From: the human T2T-CHM13v2.0 reference genome, Homo sapiens
Direction: 5' to 3' (one strand)
Assembly: GCF_009914755.1 (NCBI RefSeq)
Contig: NC_060934.1
Length of the DNA: 64,000 bases
Shown: positions 10,116 to 23,696 of the stretch, piece after piece
Layout: every line of letters starts with the position of its first letter
Position numbering within the stretch: the first letter of the stretch is position 1
Program-made: the position numbers and the translations under genes
Notes under the pieces: generated by a model
Seen by the model: the letters and a program-made list of their open reading frames with translations, nothing else
What the model was told of the DNA's origin: nothing
Databases searched by the model: none

Positions 10116-13100
10116 TGTCGGGCAAGATTCTGGACAGGGGTTTGTGGCGGTTTAGGAAGGAAAACCTTTATGTCAGGCTTTCACCTTCATAGCTTCACCT
10201 GCACAGCCAGGGCTCTGTTGCACTGGAATCAGTAGAGGGAATGGGTACAGTTTCAAGAAGCTCTCCAAGAGCTGGGAACACCCTATTTGTGCCTCAGCGT
10301 GGTTGAAATTTAGTCTCTCCATTTATGAGCATTACAAATTTTAATAAAATGCAACAAGGGCACAGTTGGGGAGAGGTTATAAATGACTAAAACAAAAGGA
10401 GATTTTAATATTGAAGAGTATAGAATTAAGTTTTCAAAAAGTTCGAAACAGAGTGCTTATATATAAATATAAAATAAATAAATGTGATTGACATTAATTT
10501 ATTAATAACAAAACTTGCAAGAAGATAAATCTGCTTACCTGGTTTTAAGCATTGAGAGGAACTAGGAGTTTATATGCATTTTGGGGGAAATATATTTAAA
10601 TAATATTTTTGTGTTTACACAGAATAATTATAATAGCTTACAGATAGTAAAACTATCATATTTGGGGTTATTGTCTCCCCTAGACAAAATCTATAACTAA
10701 CATCTATATTTACAATGTCTAGGCTCTCATCAAATAATAAATAGTGAAGTCAACATAGGTACCTTATCCCATGTAATTCATTAATCTTTACACAAGCCTC
10801 TTAAACAGTGCTCCAGTATGATAGTAAAATACCATGTCTTCCCTCTCCGGTTGACCTTATTTCCAAGGTTGAGTATCTAGCTAGCTAGCTATTTTAAACA
10901 AGAGCAACCTAATTCTATTGATTTAAAAGACAGAATAATGATCACTGCAGGAGACAGAGAAAGTGAACAGTTAAAAAAGATGTTTCACTAAGCTAAGGGA
11001 GGAAGGAGGGCCTAAATTTAGTGTTGGAGATTGAGGTTATGATACAAGGTTTACAGACTAAAAAGCAATAACATGCCATGAAGTAGTTTAACCTTTTATG
11101 TTTTCTTGCCTCTGTACTTCTGCACCCTCTCACACCACTACATTTGTCTGCAATATATTTCCCTTATCCTTTTTAAAATAAAGTTTCACTTTTAATAATT
11201 AAAGGTACATAATAGGTATATATATTTCTATCTTATTATTGATACATAGCATTTGTATATATTTACAGGGGACATGTGATTTTTTTGTTACACGCGTATA
11301 ACATGTAATGATCATGTCATAGTATTTATTCCCTAGAATACTTTTCATCTCAATGCGTTAAAAATATTTCAAATACTCTCTTGTGTCTATTTAGAAATAT
11401 ACAGTACATTGTTGTTTAGTAACTAAAGTTTACTCTCAATCACTGGAAATTATTCTTTCTGTTTAAATGTATGTTTAGACCCATTAACCTACTCTCTTTA
11501 TCCTTCCCACATACATTTCCTAGCCTCTGGCATCTAGCATACTAGTCTATACCTTCATGATATTACCTTTTTTAGCCCCACATATAGTGAGAACATGTGA
11601 TAATTGTTTCTGTGCCTGATTTATTTCATGTAACATAATGACCTCCATTTTACCCCATGTTGCTGCAACTAGTGTTATTTCATGCATTTTTATGGCTGAA
11701 TAGTTTTTCATTGTGTGCCAATACCATATCTTCTTTACCCATTTGTTGGTTGATGGACACTTAAGTTGATTCCATATCTCTGTTATTGTGAATAGTACTG
11801 TAATAAACATGGGGGTGCAGGTATCTTTTTGATATACTGATTTCTTCTCTTTTGAATAGATATCTGTTAATGGCATTGCTGGAACATAGAGCAGTTCTAT
11901 ATTTACATTTTTGAGAAATCCTCATACTGTTTTCCACACTGACTGCACTGATTGACATTGCCACCAACAGTGTATAAGAGTTCTTTTTTCTCCACATCCT
12001 CCCCAGCATTTATATATATTTTTTGTCATTTTGATAATAGCCATTCTAACTGGGGCAAGATGGTATCTCATGATTTTGATTTACACTTCCATGATGATTA
12101 GTGATATTGAACATTTTTTCATATATATGTAGGTTCTCTGTATGTCTTATTTTGAGAATGTCTAGTGCCCATTTTAACAATGTGTTGAGATCCTTGTATA
12201 ATCTGGATATTAGTCCCTTGATGAAAGAGTAGTCTGCATATATTTTCTCCCAGTTCTACAGATTGTTTCTTTACTCTGTTGATTGTTTCCTTAGCTGTGC
12301 AGAAATTTTTCTGTTTTTGTTGCTTGTGTTTTTTTAGGTCTCAGCCATAAAATCTTTGCCTAGATCAATGTCCTGAAGTGTTTCCCCAAAGTTTTCTTCC
12401 AGTAGTTTTATAATTTTGGGTCCTAACACTATGTCTTTAATTGATCTTGGCTGATTTTTCTATGTAGTGAGAAATAAGGGTCCTTTTCATTCTTTCCATG
12501 TGGATATCTGATCTTGCCAACACCATTTATTGAAGAGGGTGTATTTTCCCTAGTGTAGGTTCTTGGTGTCTTTGTCAAAAATCAGCTGGCTATAAATACA
12601 CAGATTTATTTTTGGACAATCTATTTCTGTTTTATTTGTCTGTATGTCTGTTTTTGTATCAACATTATGCTGTTTTGGTTGCTATAGCCTTGTAATATCT
12701 TTTGAAGTCATGTAGTGTGGTGACTCCAGTTTTGTTCTTTTCACTCAGGATTGTTTTGAATATTTGGCCTCTTTATGGGTTCTACATAAATATTTTTCTA
12801 TTTTTGTAAAATTGCCATTGGCGTTTTGATAGAGATTGCAATGAATTTGTAGATTGTTTTGGTATGGTCACTTTAATGATGTTAATTCTTCCAATCCACG
12901 AGCATGGAATCTTTCCATTTGTTTGTGTCCTCTTCAATTGCTTTTATCAGAGTTTTGTAATTTTCCTTGTAGAAGTATTTCAGCTCTTTGGATTACTTTA
13001 TTTCTAGGTATTTTATTGTAGCTGTTGTAAATGGGATTGCCTTCTTGATTCTTCTTTCTTAGCTAATTCATTACTGGTATATATGAACACCGATTTGTGT

Positions 13101-13709
13101 ATGATTAATATTGTATCCTGTAACTTTATTTAATTTATATATCAAATCTAAGAAATTTTAGGTAAAATGTTTAGATTTTCCTAGATAGAAGATTATATCA
13201 TCTGCAAAGAGGAAAAATTTAACTTTTTCTTTTCCAGTTCGAATGCCTTTTATTTTTTTTAATCCATCTGATGATGCTGGCTAGGCCTTTGAGTACTATG
13301 ATGAACTGCAGTTGGGAAAGTGAGCATCTTTATTTTTTTCCAGTTCTTAGAGGAATGGCTTTCCACTTTTTCCCTTTCAGTATTATGTTAGCTATGAGTT
13401 TTTCACATATGGCCTTTGTTATGTTGAGGTATGTTCATCCTATGCCTAATTTGTTGAGTTTTTATCTTAAAGGATGTTAAATTTTCCCTATTTCTCTGTG
13501 TCTATTAAGATGATGATAAGATTTTGTCCTTCACCCTCTTTATGTGATGTATCACATTTATTGATTAGCATATGTTGAGCAATCTTTGCATCTGTGGAAC
13601 AAATCCCATTTGATTATGGTGCATTATCTTTTGTTACTGTTTGTTTCAATTTGATAGTATTTTGTTGAATTATTTTGCATCTTTGTTCATCAAGGATATC
13701 AAGCTGTAG

Positions 13710-13735
13710 TTTTTTTTTTTTTTTTTTTTTTTTTT
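13710..13735. repeat. (T)26 homopolymer inside L1 ORF2
   Basis: Direct reading. Confidence 0.95.
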
Positions 13736-15209
13736 GGTTATTGTTTTTAGACTCTTGTCTGGTATTGGTATGAGGGTGATGCTGGCCTCACAAAATAAAT
13801 TGGCTGAAATTCCCTCCTCCCCAAATATTTAAAATAATGTCAGGAGAAATGGTGTTAGATCTTCTTCGTAAATTTGGTCAATTTGTCAGTGAAGCAATCC
13901 AGTCTCAAACTTTTCTTTGTTGGGAGACTTTTTATTGTTGATGTAATCTTATTACTCATTGTTGATAAGTTCAGGTTTTCTATTTCTTCCTAATTCAATA
14001 TTGGCAGATTATATTTTTCCAGGAACTTGTTCATTTTTTCTAGGCTTTCAAATTAGTTAGTGTAGGGTTATTCGTAATCGTCTCTGGTGATCTCTTGTAT
14101 TTCAGTGCTATCAGTTGTAATGTCTCCATTTTTCTGATTTATTTGGGTCCTCTTTCTTTTTATCTTCATTAGTCTAGTGAGCAGTTTATAAATTTTATCT
14201 TTTTTTGGAAAACAACTTTTTGTTTTGTTGACCCTTTGTATTATTATTTTCAGCCTGTATTTTGTTTAGTTCCACTTTGATTTTTTATTATTTCTTTCCT
14301 TTTGCTAATTTTGGTTTGGTGTGTTCTTGCTTTTAAAATTTATTGAGGTGTATCATTAGATTGTTTATTTGAAATCTTTCTACTTTTTAATGTAGGCGTT
14401 TATTGCTAAAAACTTTCCTCTTAGTATTGTTTTTTTTCTGAATACCATAGTTTTTGGTATGTTATGTTTCAATTTTCATTTGTTTCAATACATTTTTTGA
14501 TTCCTCTCTTAATTATATTCTTGACCCAATGGTCATTTAGAAGCATGTTGTTTAATTTCCAAATATTAATATAGTTTTCAAAGTTCTTGTTATTTTTTAT
14601 TCCACTGTGTTCTGAGAAGATACTTGGTATATTTTGATTATTAAAAAAATTGAGACTTGTTTTATGTCCTACAATATGGTCTATTCTTGAGAAAGTTCTA
14701 TGTGCTGATCAGAAGAATGTGTGTTCTACTCCTGTTGGATGAAATGTTAGGTAAAAGTATTTTATGTTTATTGGGTTTAAAGTGCAATTTAAAGGCAATG
14801 TTTCTTTTTTGATGTTTTTGTCAAGATGATCTGTCCAATGCTGACAATGGGGTACTGAAGTCCCCCAAATATTACATTATTGCAGTCTATTTGTCCTTAT
14901 TGATCTAATAATATTTGTTTTATATGTCTGGGTGCTCCAGTGTTTGCTGTGCATATATTTACAGTTGTTATATTCTTTTGCTGAATTTATTCCTTTATAA
15001 TTGTATAATAACCTTGTCTCTGCTGTTTTTGATTAAAATTCAACTTTATTTGATATAACTGTAGCTACTCCTGCTCATTTTTTTGCTTCCATTTGCATGG
15101 AATATCTTTTTCCATCCCTTTACATTCAATCTATATGTTTCTTTACAGGTGAGATGTGTTCCTTGTAGGCAGCATATGGTTGAGACTTTGTAATTTTTAA
15201 AATTCATGT

Positions 15210-15505
15210 CTTTTTGTTTGTTTGTTTTAGATTCTTGCTCTGTTGCCCAGTTTGGACTGCAGTGGCACGATCTCTGCTCACTGCAAATTCCACCTCCAAG
15301 GTTCAAGCTTTTCTCCCACCTCTGCCTCCTGAGTAGCTGGGACTACAGGCACGCACCACCACATCCGGCTAATTTTTGTATTTTTGATTGAGACCAGATT
15401 TTACTATGTTGGCCAGGCTGGTTTTGAACTCCTGACCTCAAGTAATCTGCCCGCCTCAGCCTCCCAAAGTGCAGGGATTACAGGCATGAGCCAGCATGCT
15501 GCCCC
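15210..15505 (-). mobile_element. Alu (Sx/Sz-like) inserted in the L1 endonuclease region
   Basis: Two-arm Alu with (TTTG)n tail; cctgacctcaagt. Confidence 0.92.
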
Positions 15506-17051
15506 CATCCCTGCCTTTTTTTAACTATTAAGCCAGTCTATATCATTGAACTACAAAATTTAATCAATTTACATTCAACTTTATTTTTATATGTGAGGGC
15601 TTAGTCACATATAATTCACCACACATACATGCAGGTGGTGGTGAAGTCTTGCTGGGGACAGGGCCATCAGGTGGGCCAGTCTTTGGCCCCCATTGGCGGC
15701 AGTGCAGGTCAATTATGTCTTTCCCTAATTTTCAGGGCTGCATACACTAGCACTGGTGTCAGCAGGTCTATGTAAGCAGGTCTATGCAATTCTGTTGTCC
15801 CTGTGTGGCTTGCTTGGGTGTTGGCAGTGACAGTGATGAACTGGGTGGGTGAGTGGGTCCTCTGGCTCCAAGGCAGTGGGTTTGGTGGTAATAGTAGTGG
15901 AGGGTCAATCCTCTGACTCTCAAGCCATCTGTACTGGTGTTGGTGGTGGCTGTGACAGGCTGCAATGGCCAGTCTCTAGGCTTGCAGTTGGTGCATACAT
16001 GCGGGTACTAGCTGTGGTGGTAGCATAGGTTGAGTGGACTCATTTTCAAGCCCCTGGAAATAGTGCTCAGCTGCTAATAGTGTAGGTGGGGCAGGATGAT
16101 ACACAGGCCCTTGAAGGGTGTGCTTGTGCACTCAGGAGGGTAGAGCTACATCACATGGGCCTTCCCTCAGCCCCCCGGTAGTGTTTACAGTCACTGGCTG
16201 TGGTATACAGGGGTGGAGTGATCCCCAAACCCCCAACAGAATGTTTAGATGAAGGTGGCAGAAGCTGCACTTGCAGCACTGCTGTGGGGTTGGGGTGGGG
16301 AAGCAGAGGTTACTTTCAGTTTTAGTACACACGAGCAGATAGCTGAGGAATGCAAGTTTCAGCCCTAGGTGACAGCTATAAACCGGGCAGCCTTTCTTCG
16401 GGGTGCTTTTAAGCGTGTGGCGACCCTGCTGCTAAAGGTTGCTGGGTCACTGTCAGTGCCTCATGCTTTGGTCCTAGCAACAGTAGCCACCAGTGGTGCC
16501 TGGCTGCAGGTGGGGGAGGTCAGTGGCGTTCTAGGAATCTGGAGAGGCAGAAGTTGGACTCTAGGGCAGGATGCAAACTGGTGGGGACTGGGCTCTCAAA
16601 ATAGCACTCTGCTGTGGCTGCTTAGGCTTCAGTGTGGGTATGGCACCCATTCTTAACTCCCTTCCCAGAGCAATGCTCTTGCCATCCCCATGCAGCTTCC
16701 TATGATAGTTTCAGTGCCCATATGGGTTGAAGGACTCTACCATGGCTAAGATTTCAGGAATCTGCTGTGGAAATGTGGACCACTGGGGAGCATTTGCTTA
16801 CTCTTTCTCCAGACTAAGGAGCCTCTGCATACTCCTTGCCAATTGTAGCCAAGCGGGCTGCCTCGCTTTGGTCTCCTTTCTTGCCTTAGGTGTTTTCTGT
16901 CACATCTCTGTTGAATTCCAGCATTTTTTCTTAGGTGATCTATTCAAAGTGTCATTATCTACTCCTTATTTTGTGAAGGAGGTGAGTACCGGATGCTTTC
17001 CATCAGCCATTTTGAAGGCGCCCCTTCATCTCTTTATTCACTGATCAGGTA

Positions 17052-17481
17052 CAAAGACCCTTGAAAAATGAATGGGTTAAGGGCATCAACACCCCACACA
17101 ATTGAAAAACCATACGTGATTTTTGGCTACTCCAAAAATTAACTAATATCCTTCCCTTAACTAGAAGTCTTACTGATAATATATTCAATTAACATATAAT
17201 CATTCTGTATGTTACATGTATTGTACAATATAGTTTTACAACAAAGCAAGCTAGAAAAAATGTTATTAAGAAAATCACAAGGAAAAGAAAACATATTTAT
17301 TGTGTATTAAGTGGAAGTGGATCATCATAAAGAACTTCATCCTCATCCTCTTTAAGTATGCCAAGGAGGAGGAAGAAGAACAGGGGTTGGTCTTGCTGTC
17401 TCAGTGGTGGTAGAAGCAGAAGAAAATCCACATATAAGTGGATGCACAAAGCCCAAACTTGTGTTTTTTAACAGTCAGCTG
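17052..17481 (-). mobile_element. Tigger2a (MER28) DNA transposon
   Basis: TA-caaagacccttgaa...aacagtcagctg-TA termini; internal aagtggaagtggatcatcataaag and ggggttggtcttgctgtctcag. Confidence 0.85.
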
Positions 17482-18649
17482 TATTTTTTCTAAAAACGCT
17501 TCTCAGGCTATCCAAACCTAAATAAACATGTATTTATTTTAACTACTGTAGAAACTATTGCCATGCAATCATTTAGCAATTACTCATACAATGTCTTATA
17601 TTAGTTTCTGTTTTATGTGAGCAGCTATTTAGATCTACTTTTGTTTAATTTTCTGAAATTATTTAATAGAAGATTTTATACTATTGGCATATAGTAGGCA
17701 TTTAAAAAATAGCTGACTTATTGCAGAATCTTCTATTTTAAATTTTATTTATATTTTTTGATTTTTTTTTTACTATAGAATATAGTTTCCTGCATATTCA
17801 TTACAAAAACATGAGGTATGATAAAAGAGCAAAGTGTTATATTTAAAATTAATCCTTCAAACAATGAATCAAGTGTAACAATATTTCCCTAGGTCAGAAA
17901 CTTTAAAATACTTAATTTTATAAGTTAAAAAGAATGTTTTGGTAAATACTGCAAAATACTTTTAAAATTAGAGCTGTATATTTTTAAACATCTTTTTTTC
18001 AAAAAAGTAATTATACATATTTTGAGTAATGCTCAGTCATAGCACAGAATATAAAACATAATTTTTATATGACACTCTGATTTATGAGAGCACAAATTAC
18101 TTTTTAGCATTAAGCCAGTGCAATCATGTGGGTCACCTTCCAAATATAAAGAAATAGGGGGAAAGGAAAGTGGGCAACTTAGTAGGCTATGAATAAGGTC
18201 TAAAAGAGTGTGTTCTTATATTTATGTTACAAAAATAAAGTGTGTCCTTTTTGAAAACAAATCTTAAATATATTTTCAGGCAGATTCTACATATTGTTCT
18301 GCTGCAAAAAATGTTGTTTTAACATGTTTCCCCTAAACTGCATGACTTAGAACTAAACATAAAAATGGTATTTGGTTGCTGTTCCAAATGTTATGCAAAA
18401 AAAAAAAAAAATCAATTTGATGGGAAAACTAGACAAATTAGTCAGTGGGAATTAGGTTTATTAAGAAATTTCACCTAATTTTTGTTGCTTTTAATAGTTG
18501 CAGTTTTAACTGAGTGTGAAGAAAAGTTGCCAAGATGACATATGTCACATGTTTCTTCAATTCATACATCCTCAGGCACTAGCCAAAAGCCACTGTATGT
18601 GTGTTTTTTTCAAAACCCACGTATGAAACAACAGAAATTCCTTTAATAA

Positions 18650-18960
18650 ATAATGATTGTTATCTACTATGTATCAGCCAATGTGCTAAGCATTGGAACC
18701 CTCAAGAACGTCATGATCTGCAAGGAACATATAAGAGACACAAATCCAGAAAAATTAAAATTAAAATAAAAACGCATGGCAGTGATAGCAACAGGCACAG
18801 TGGATTGTCGTCAGGAAGGACGTGGGGTCAAAAGAAGATTTCAGAAGGAAATAATAACTGACCACAGTTTTAGAAAATGGGAGCGAGCCTGGAAAGGAGT
18901 GGACAGGTGTTTATGCAGACAGAGTTGCACATAGGTAGAGGCATGGGAAGAGAGGAATGA
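18650..18960 (-). mobile_element. L2 fragment
   Basis: tctactatgtatcagccaatgtgctaagcattgg...aagatttcagaagga...gcagacagagttgcacataggtagaggcatgg. Confidence 0.55.
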
Positions 18961-20404
18961 CCAGATGGTAAAATATATCCTATATACAGAGGAGCATGTA
19001 AATTATCTTCACAGTTGAAAAGAGTTATTTTTTAAAATAAACTCTTCTATAACCATTCTTCACCATTTTTAGAGTAAAAAATTGTTGATTTAAAAATGTG
19101 AGGAAACACAGACTTCTACATAATTGTGTACTTTGTTTCACCTAAATGCAGGTGACAGATAGACCTCAGTGAGGTGGCTTTCTTTTTAATACAGAATTTT
19201 TATAGATCAGTTTTAGATAATGGCCACAGGAGTCATTAAGAGCCGGAAAATGGTAAGAAGAGACAACACTAGCTTAAAGTGAATGCAAACACATACTCTT
19301 TGAGATTTTGCCAGATACGAGTCAAAAATACCTTTTGAGGAAGAAGTTCTAAGAAAGTAAAACATAAGCAAGAATATCTTTTTTAAGGGGATATTTGGAA
19401 GCATATTGAGCAAGTTATTGCCAACTAAAACATATCCAAAGATACTGGATATTGTCCTTGATAAATGTTCTAGAAACTTTTAGGACTGAGAAATACTAGG
19501 GTAAGCAATGAAGAAAGAGTTGGAGAGAAAAAATTTAATGGTCATTTTGTTTGAGATGAGAATGAATTTTCTCGTCTGTCTCTCTGTTTCTGAGCACGCT
19601 ATGACTGTATGCAAGATTTTCCTACTTAACTTCACAGTTTTCCTTCTATTTTATTGTTAACACTTCCATTCTCACTAATGTGGTTGGTAAAATAAGTACT
19701 TTAATTATTTGCTTGCACATTCAATATTAAAATACCATGCTGTCTTCAGTTTATTATGAGTTCAATTTTCAAGACACTATAAAAATAATATAACAATCCA
19801 TTAAAAGGGTATTCTAAAATATTTTGTCATTAGGTTATTATTTTATTATCTTCAAGTAAACAAGAAATACATGAGTAACCCTCAGCATATTATAAAAATG
19901 TGCCAATAAATTTAAAGAAAATTTATAAACATAGGAATTCTAATAATTTTTCTATATACATGAAGGTGATTATTCCAAATTCCATTAGATTTTCTAAAGT
20001 ATTATATATTTTGTTATTTTTAAATTCTCTATAAACATAATTGTGAAGCCACTTTAATCAAATAATTAGAAACAATAATTTGCAAGCTTGCAAAAGAACA
20101 CATTACATATACATCTTTTAAACAATTAAAATCTAAAGAGTGATTCCTGATAAAGTAAATTTAGTGTAAACAGAAATGCAAATAAATAAAACTTTCATTT
20201 CTATATTCGAATTGCAAAAAAATTTGCAATAATGAATATGCTATTTTTCTTGCTTGTAAATTATGGTCAAAAGATGTCTGCTGAATCCATCACAATAGTA
20301 TCCTAATTTCTCAACTAGAAGAAATTTTAGCAATAAAAATTAAGTTTAGAATGATACCAAAGCTTAGATTCTTCAATACAAAGAAAAAAAAATAGTCTCA
20401 AATC

Positions 20405-20530
20405 AATCCTTGTTTTACAGATGAGGAAAAATTGGATCCAAAAATATTAAGTGATTTGTTCAGTTATCCAGGTAGGAATTTCAGGATCAAAACAGGAATT
20501 GGGTTTGTTATGTCAAATCCTATGCTAAAG
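20405..20530 (-). mobile_element. MIR fragment
   Basis: gttttacagatgaggaaaa...aagtgatttg. Confidence 0.7.
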
Positions 20531-22005
20531 CCTGTAAATAAGCTTCTTCCAGGTCATTAAGTCACCTCTATGAAAGTATTTATCTCAGTAGTTCATATGA
20601 TGACGATCCTTTTTAAATGTAATCAACTAAGGTAGTACTCCCTAAGGATAGGGTTAAACACAGCAGGTTCTCAGGACAGGCTGCTGATAAATAGACAGAG
20701 ATCTAAGTGTGTAGTAAGGAAGAACAGTCTATGACTGAGTTAGTTAATGGACGAAGTATAATCCATAGGAATTTTTTATATGCCTTTGAATTACATAATT
20801 TATTAACAAAACACTAAACAAAACATAAACCTCTCTGAAGCTACAAATGTCACATGACTGAAATCCTGGCATATTTTGCTAAATAGAATACAGTAAACAA
20901 TCAACACTGATTTTGATAAAATGTTTCGAGGTTTTTCAATGAAACAAATTCTTTGAACAGAGTGAAAATTAATTTTTACAGATTATATCAATACAAATGT
21001 TACATAAAACAATTTCTTAAAAGGAATAAAAACTAAGTTCTACAGATTATATAAATACGTCCAACCTCTTTTACATGGAAAACAGTATGAAATTTAGCCT
21101 ATTCTGATATGTTTTCACAATTTTATATAATCTACAACTTATTCTCCTAAACTTTTTTTTAATGTTAGACTTTTAATTGGGCTACTTACAACAAAGAACA
21201 AAATGTTTTATCATACATTTTTCCAAGTATTTTATATAAGTGTAATTAAGTTTCATCATGCAGGTTCAAGTCGCATTGCCACGATTAAGTGGCTGTGAAC
21301 TATTGATTTGACTTATTTAACATTTCAGTAACGACTAATGCCAGTGATTATTGCACTGTATGGAAGTTGCAAAAAATAATTATAATATTCAACGTTTATT
21401 TTACTTGAAACTTAAAACTTTATTTAAGAACATGACCAGCCATCTTAATTTACCTTCTAACTAAATCATTGTTTGAGTTGTATATGTTTGGAAAATTTAT
21501 GTAATATTTTTAAGCCTTAATATCACTATTTATAAAATTCCGATTACAATTCTTACTTGCAAGATCCCTATACATATTACAGATTATGCATGTAAAGCAA
21601 CTAATAAAGTGTTTGGCACCCAAATCTTAATTCACTTGCATTTAATCATGCTGGACCTATACAGACCTTTAAACAGTACAGCAATTATAATCATATTATA
21701 TTTTTTTCTGAAATATATCTTATTTATACATATTTATTCAGATAAGCAAAACATAATTAGCAGAAATAAAAATCAGTGTCATTTATTATCATTTTTGCAT
21801 TGCCTCTGAGGGCAAGAGATTTCTATTAGAAAACTGGTATCTGTGATATTTATGGACATAGCTGCAGGTAAAGATGATGATGATGATTGTGCAGGAATGC
21901 CATATGAATTATTTCAAAAGTGGTAATAAACTTATATTGATCCATTTTTACATAAACTGTCAACAAATTCCCCCAAGGCCAGGCCTTAACCCATTATATA
22001 TATAT

Positions 22006-22215
22006 AATGAAAGTGTTAAAGCTTGTAGCATAGGTCCTGGAAGTGCCCTATAAATGTAATCACTATGCATATTGGATGTAATCACTATGCATATGATATA
22101 TATACATATATGCATATATATATGCATAGTGATTACATATATATATATATATGCATAGTGATTACATTTATAGGGCACTTCCAGGACCTATGCTACAAGC
22201 TTTAACACTTTCATT
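22006..22215. repeat. Perfect 67-bp inverted repeat (22006-22072 / 22149-22215) with a nested 19-bp inverted repeat (22076-22094 / 22120-22138)
   Basis: Arms verified base by base as exact reverse complements. Confidence 0.97.
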
Positions 22216-22370
22216 CATAATAAGTTACATGGTCTTTTTATAACACTATGATAAGGCTATTTTCTCTACTTAATAAATGAAATACTTAAGTGCCTGACTG
22301 AAGATTACACACATAGCATAACCAGATTGCAAATATAGGGAGTCTGAATCCACAAGGCATACACTCAAGG
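22160..22370 (-). mobile_element. MIR (donor of the palindrome arm)
   Basis: acatttatagggcactt-ccaggacctatgctacaagcttta...aacactatgataagg...aaatgaaatact...gagtctgaatccac follows the reverse MIR layout. Confidence 0.6.
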
Positions 22371-22984
22371 CCCCTCATGCTGCCTGATGTTGCTGCTGTA
22401 GAAAGGACACAGATAAATAGAAAGTACCATGACTGACTGTTGTCTAGAGTTCTTTATCTCTGTATTTTGAAATCAACAGATTATCTAATGGATTAAGATA
22501 ACATAATCATTTTCTTTCAGATGAACAGCTGTGATCAATTTAGCAGGTGGTAACTTTTTTTCCCCAGTGAAATGGGAAAATGTTAGGGTACATTACAGGT
22601 AATAAGGTAAATTATTTGATAAAATTTTCATTTCAGTTGCATATATGCATGTATGTATACTGGATCATTATATAAAAGGTGTTTCTTTTAGGTTATAATC
22701 CAAAGAAGTTTTGAAAGCTGAGTTTTTTTAAAAGGGTGATCAGAAATTTGGAGGAAAGACAGAATTGTTTGTTCATAACATGTACTTTCAATTTTGTGGT
22801 TATGTTTCAACTCTTTACACTATTTACCTTCAGACTTCTAGAAACCTTTTCTACACTCCAGGTTCTTTTTGTGGTCATCTGTTATTCTGTGGTCATCTAT
22901 GAATGAACAAGCATACAGGCCCATCATGGGGTCAAACCTGTAATCCTGATTCCATCATCACTCTTCTCTCCTATCTTCAATTTG

Positions 22985-23694
22985 TCATCAATTTCTAAAG
23001 ATATATTAGATTTGCATTCTTCTTTCCAGTATCAAATTTTCATTAATTTATTTCAGACACCATTTCTCTTTCCTTAATTTCTGTTCCAACTTCCTTCTTT
23101 GCCTCCAGCCTATCTTGTTTAATCCATTCTCCTTAGTGCTACTGAGGGAGCCTCCTAATCCATAAATAGGATCATGTTACCTCCCTGATAATTTATTTAC
23201 ATCTTTCTCATTAAGCTGACAATAAGGTGAGGCTCTTCATGGTTCAGCTGTAACTTACTCCAGCCTTATCTCTCAGAACTCATGACTTAAATACTACAAA
23301 ATAGTTCATGCAAAAATCTGAAATTTTCTCAGAGTACTTTCTGCTCCATTTTTCTGAAAATGTTCTCCCTTTTCCTTTCCTCACACATACTCCTCTTTGG
23401 CCAATTCCTACATATCCTTTAGTCCTCATATGATAAGCCATTGCTCAGGAAGCCCTCCTGGATCCTTTATTTCTTGGTTGGGCATCCCTATTAGTGTTCT
23501 TTTTATTTTTATTACTGTTCCTATAACAACACTCATCATGATGTGCTAGAATTGCATCTCTACGCATCTGCGTCCATCACCAAACAGTAAATTCTTTGAG
23601 ATCAGTGAGTATGTGTTTTGCACACAGAGTATGGCATAGGGCCTGTTGTGTACTACATTCTTATAAAGCATGTGTGTTGAATGAATGAACGAAT
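22985..23694 (+). mobile_element. L2 3' region with (TGAA)n terminus
   Basis: tccattctcc...aaataggatcatgttacctcc...cctacatatccttt...gtaaattctttgag...gttgaatgaatgaacgaat. Confidence 0.8.
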
Positions 23695-23696
23695 AT

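Larger units (their letters stand above)
11170..17024 (-). mobile_element. Old L1 (L1MA2-4-like) with 5' UTR, ORF2 and 3' UTR but no ORF1
   Basis: L1MA-type 3' UTR at about 11230-11560; ORF2 remnant peptides (KDTCTPMFITVLFTI, ICCLQGTHLTCKETYRLNVKGWKKIFHANG); GC-rich 5' UTR at about 15630-17024 whose end reads ggggcgccttcaaaatggctg (YY1-like) on the minus strand. Confidence 0.88.

Noticed and set aside
11161-17035. Possible TSD for the L1MA (cccttatccttttta / cccttcatctcttta)
   Set aside because: Too degenerate and low-complexity to call.
15768-17044. GC-rich island with several ORFs, resembling a promoter or first exon
   Set aside because: It is the 5' UTR of the minus-strand L1MA and is CpG-depleted.
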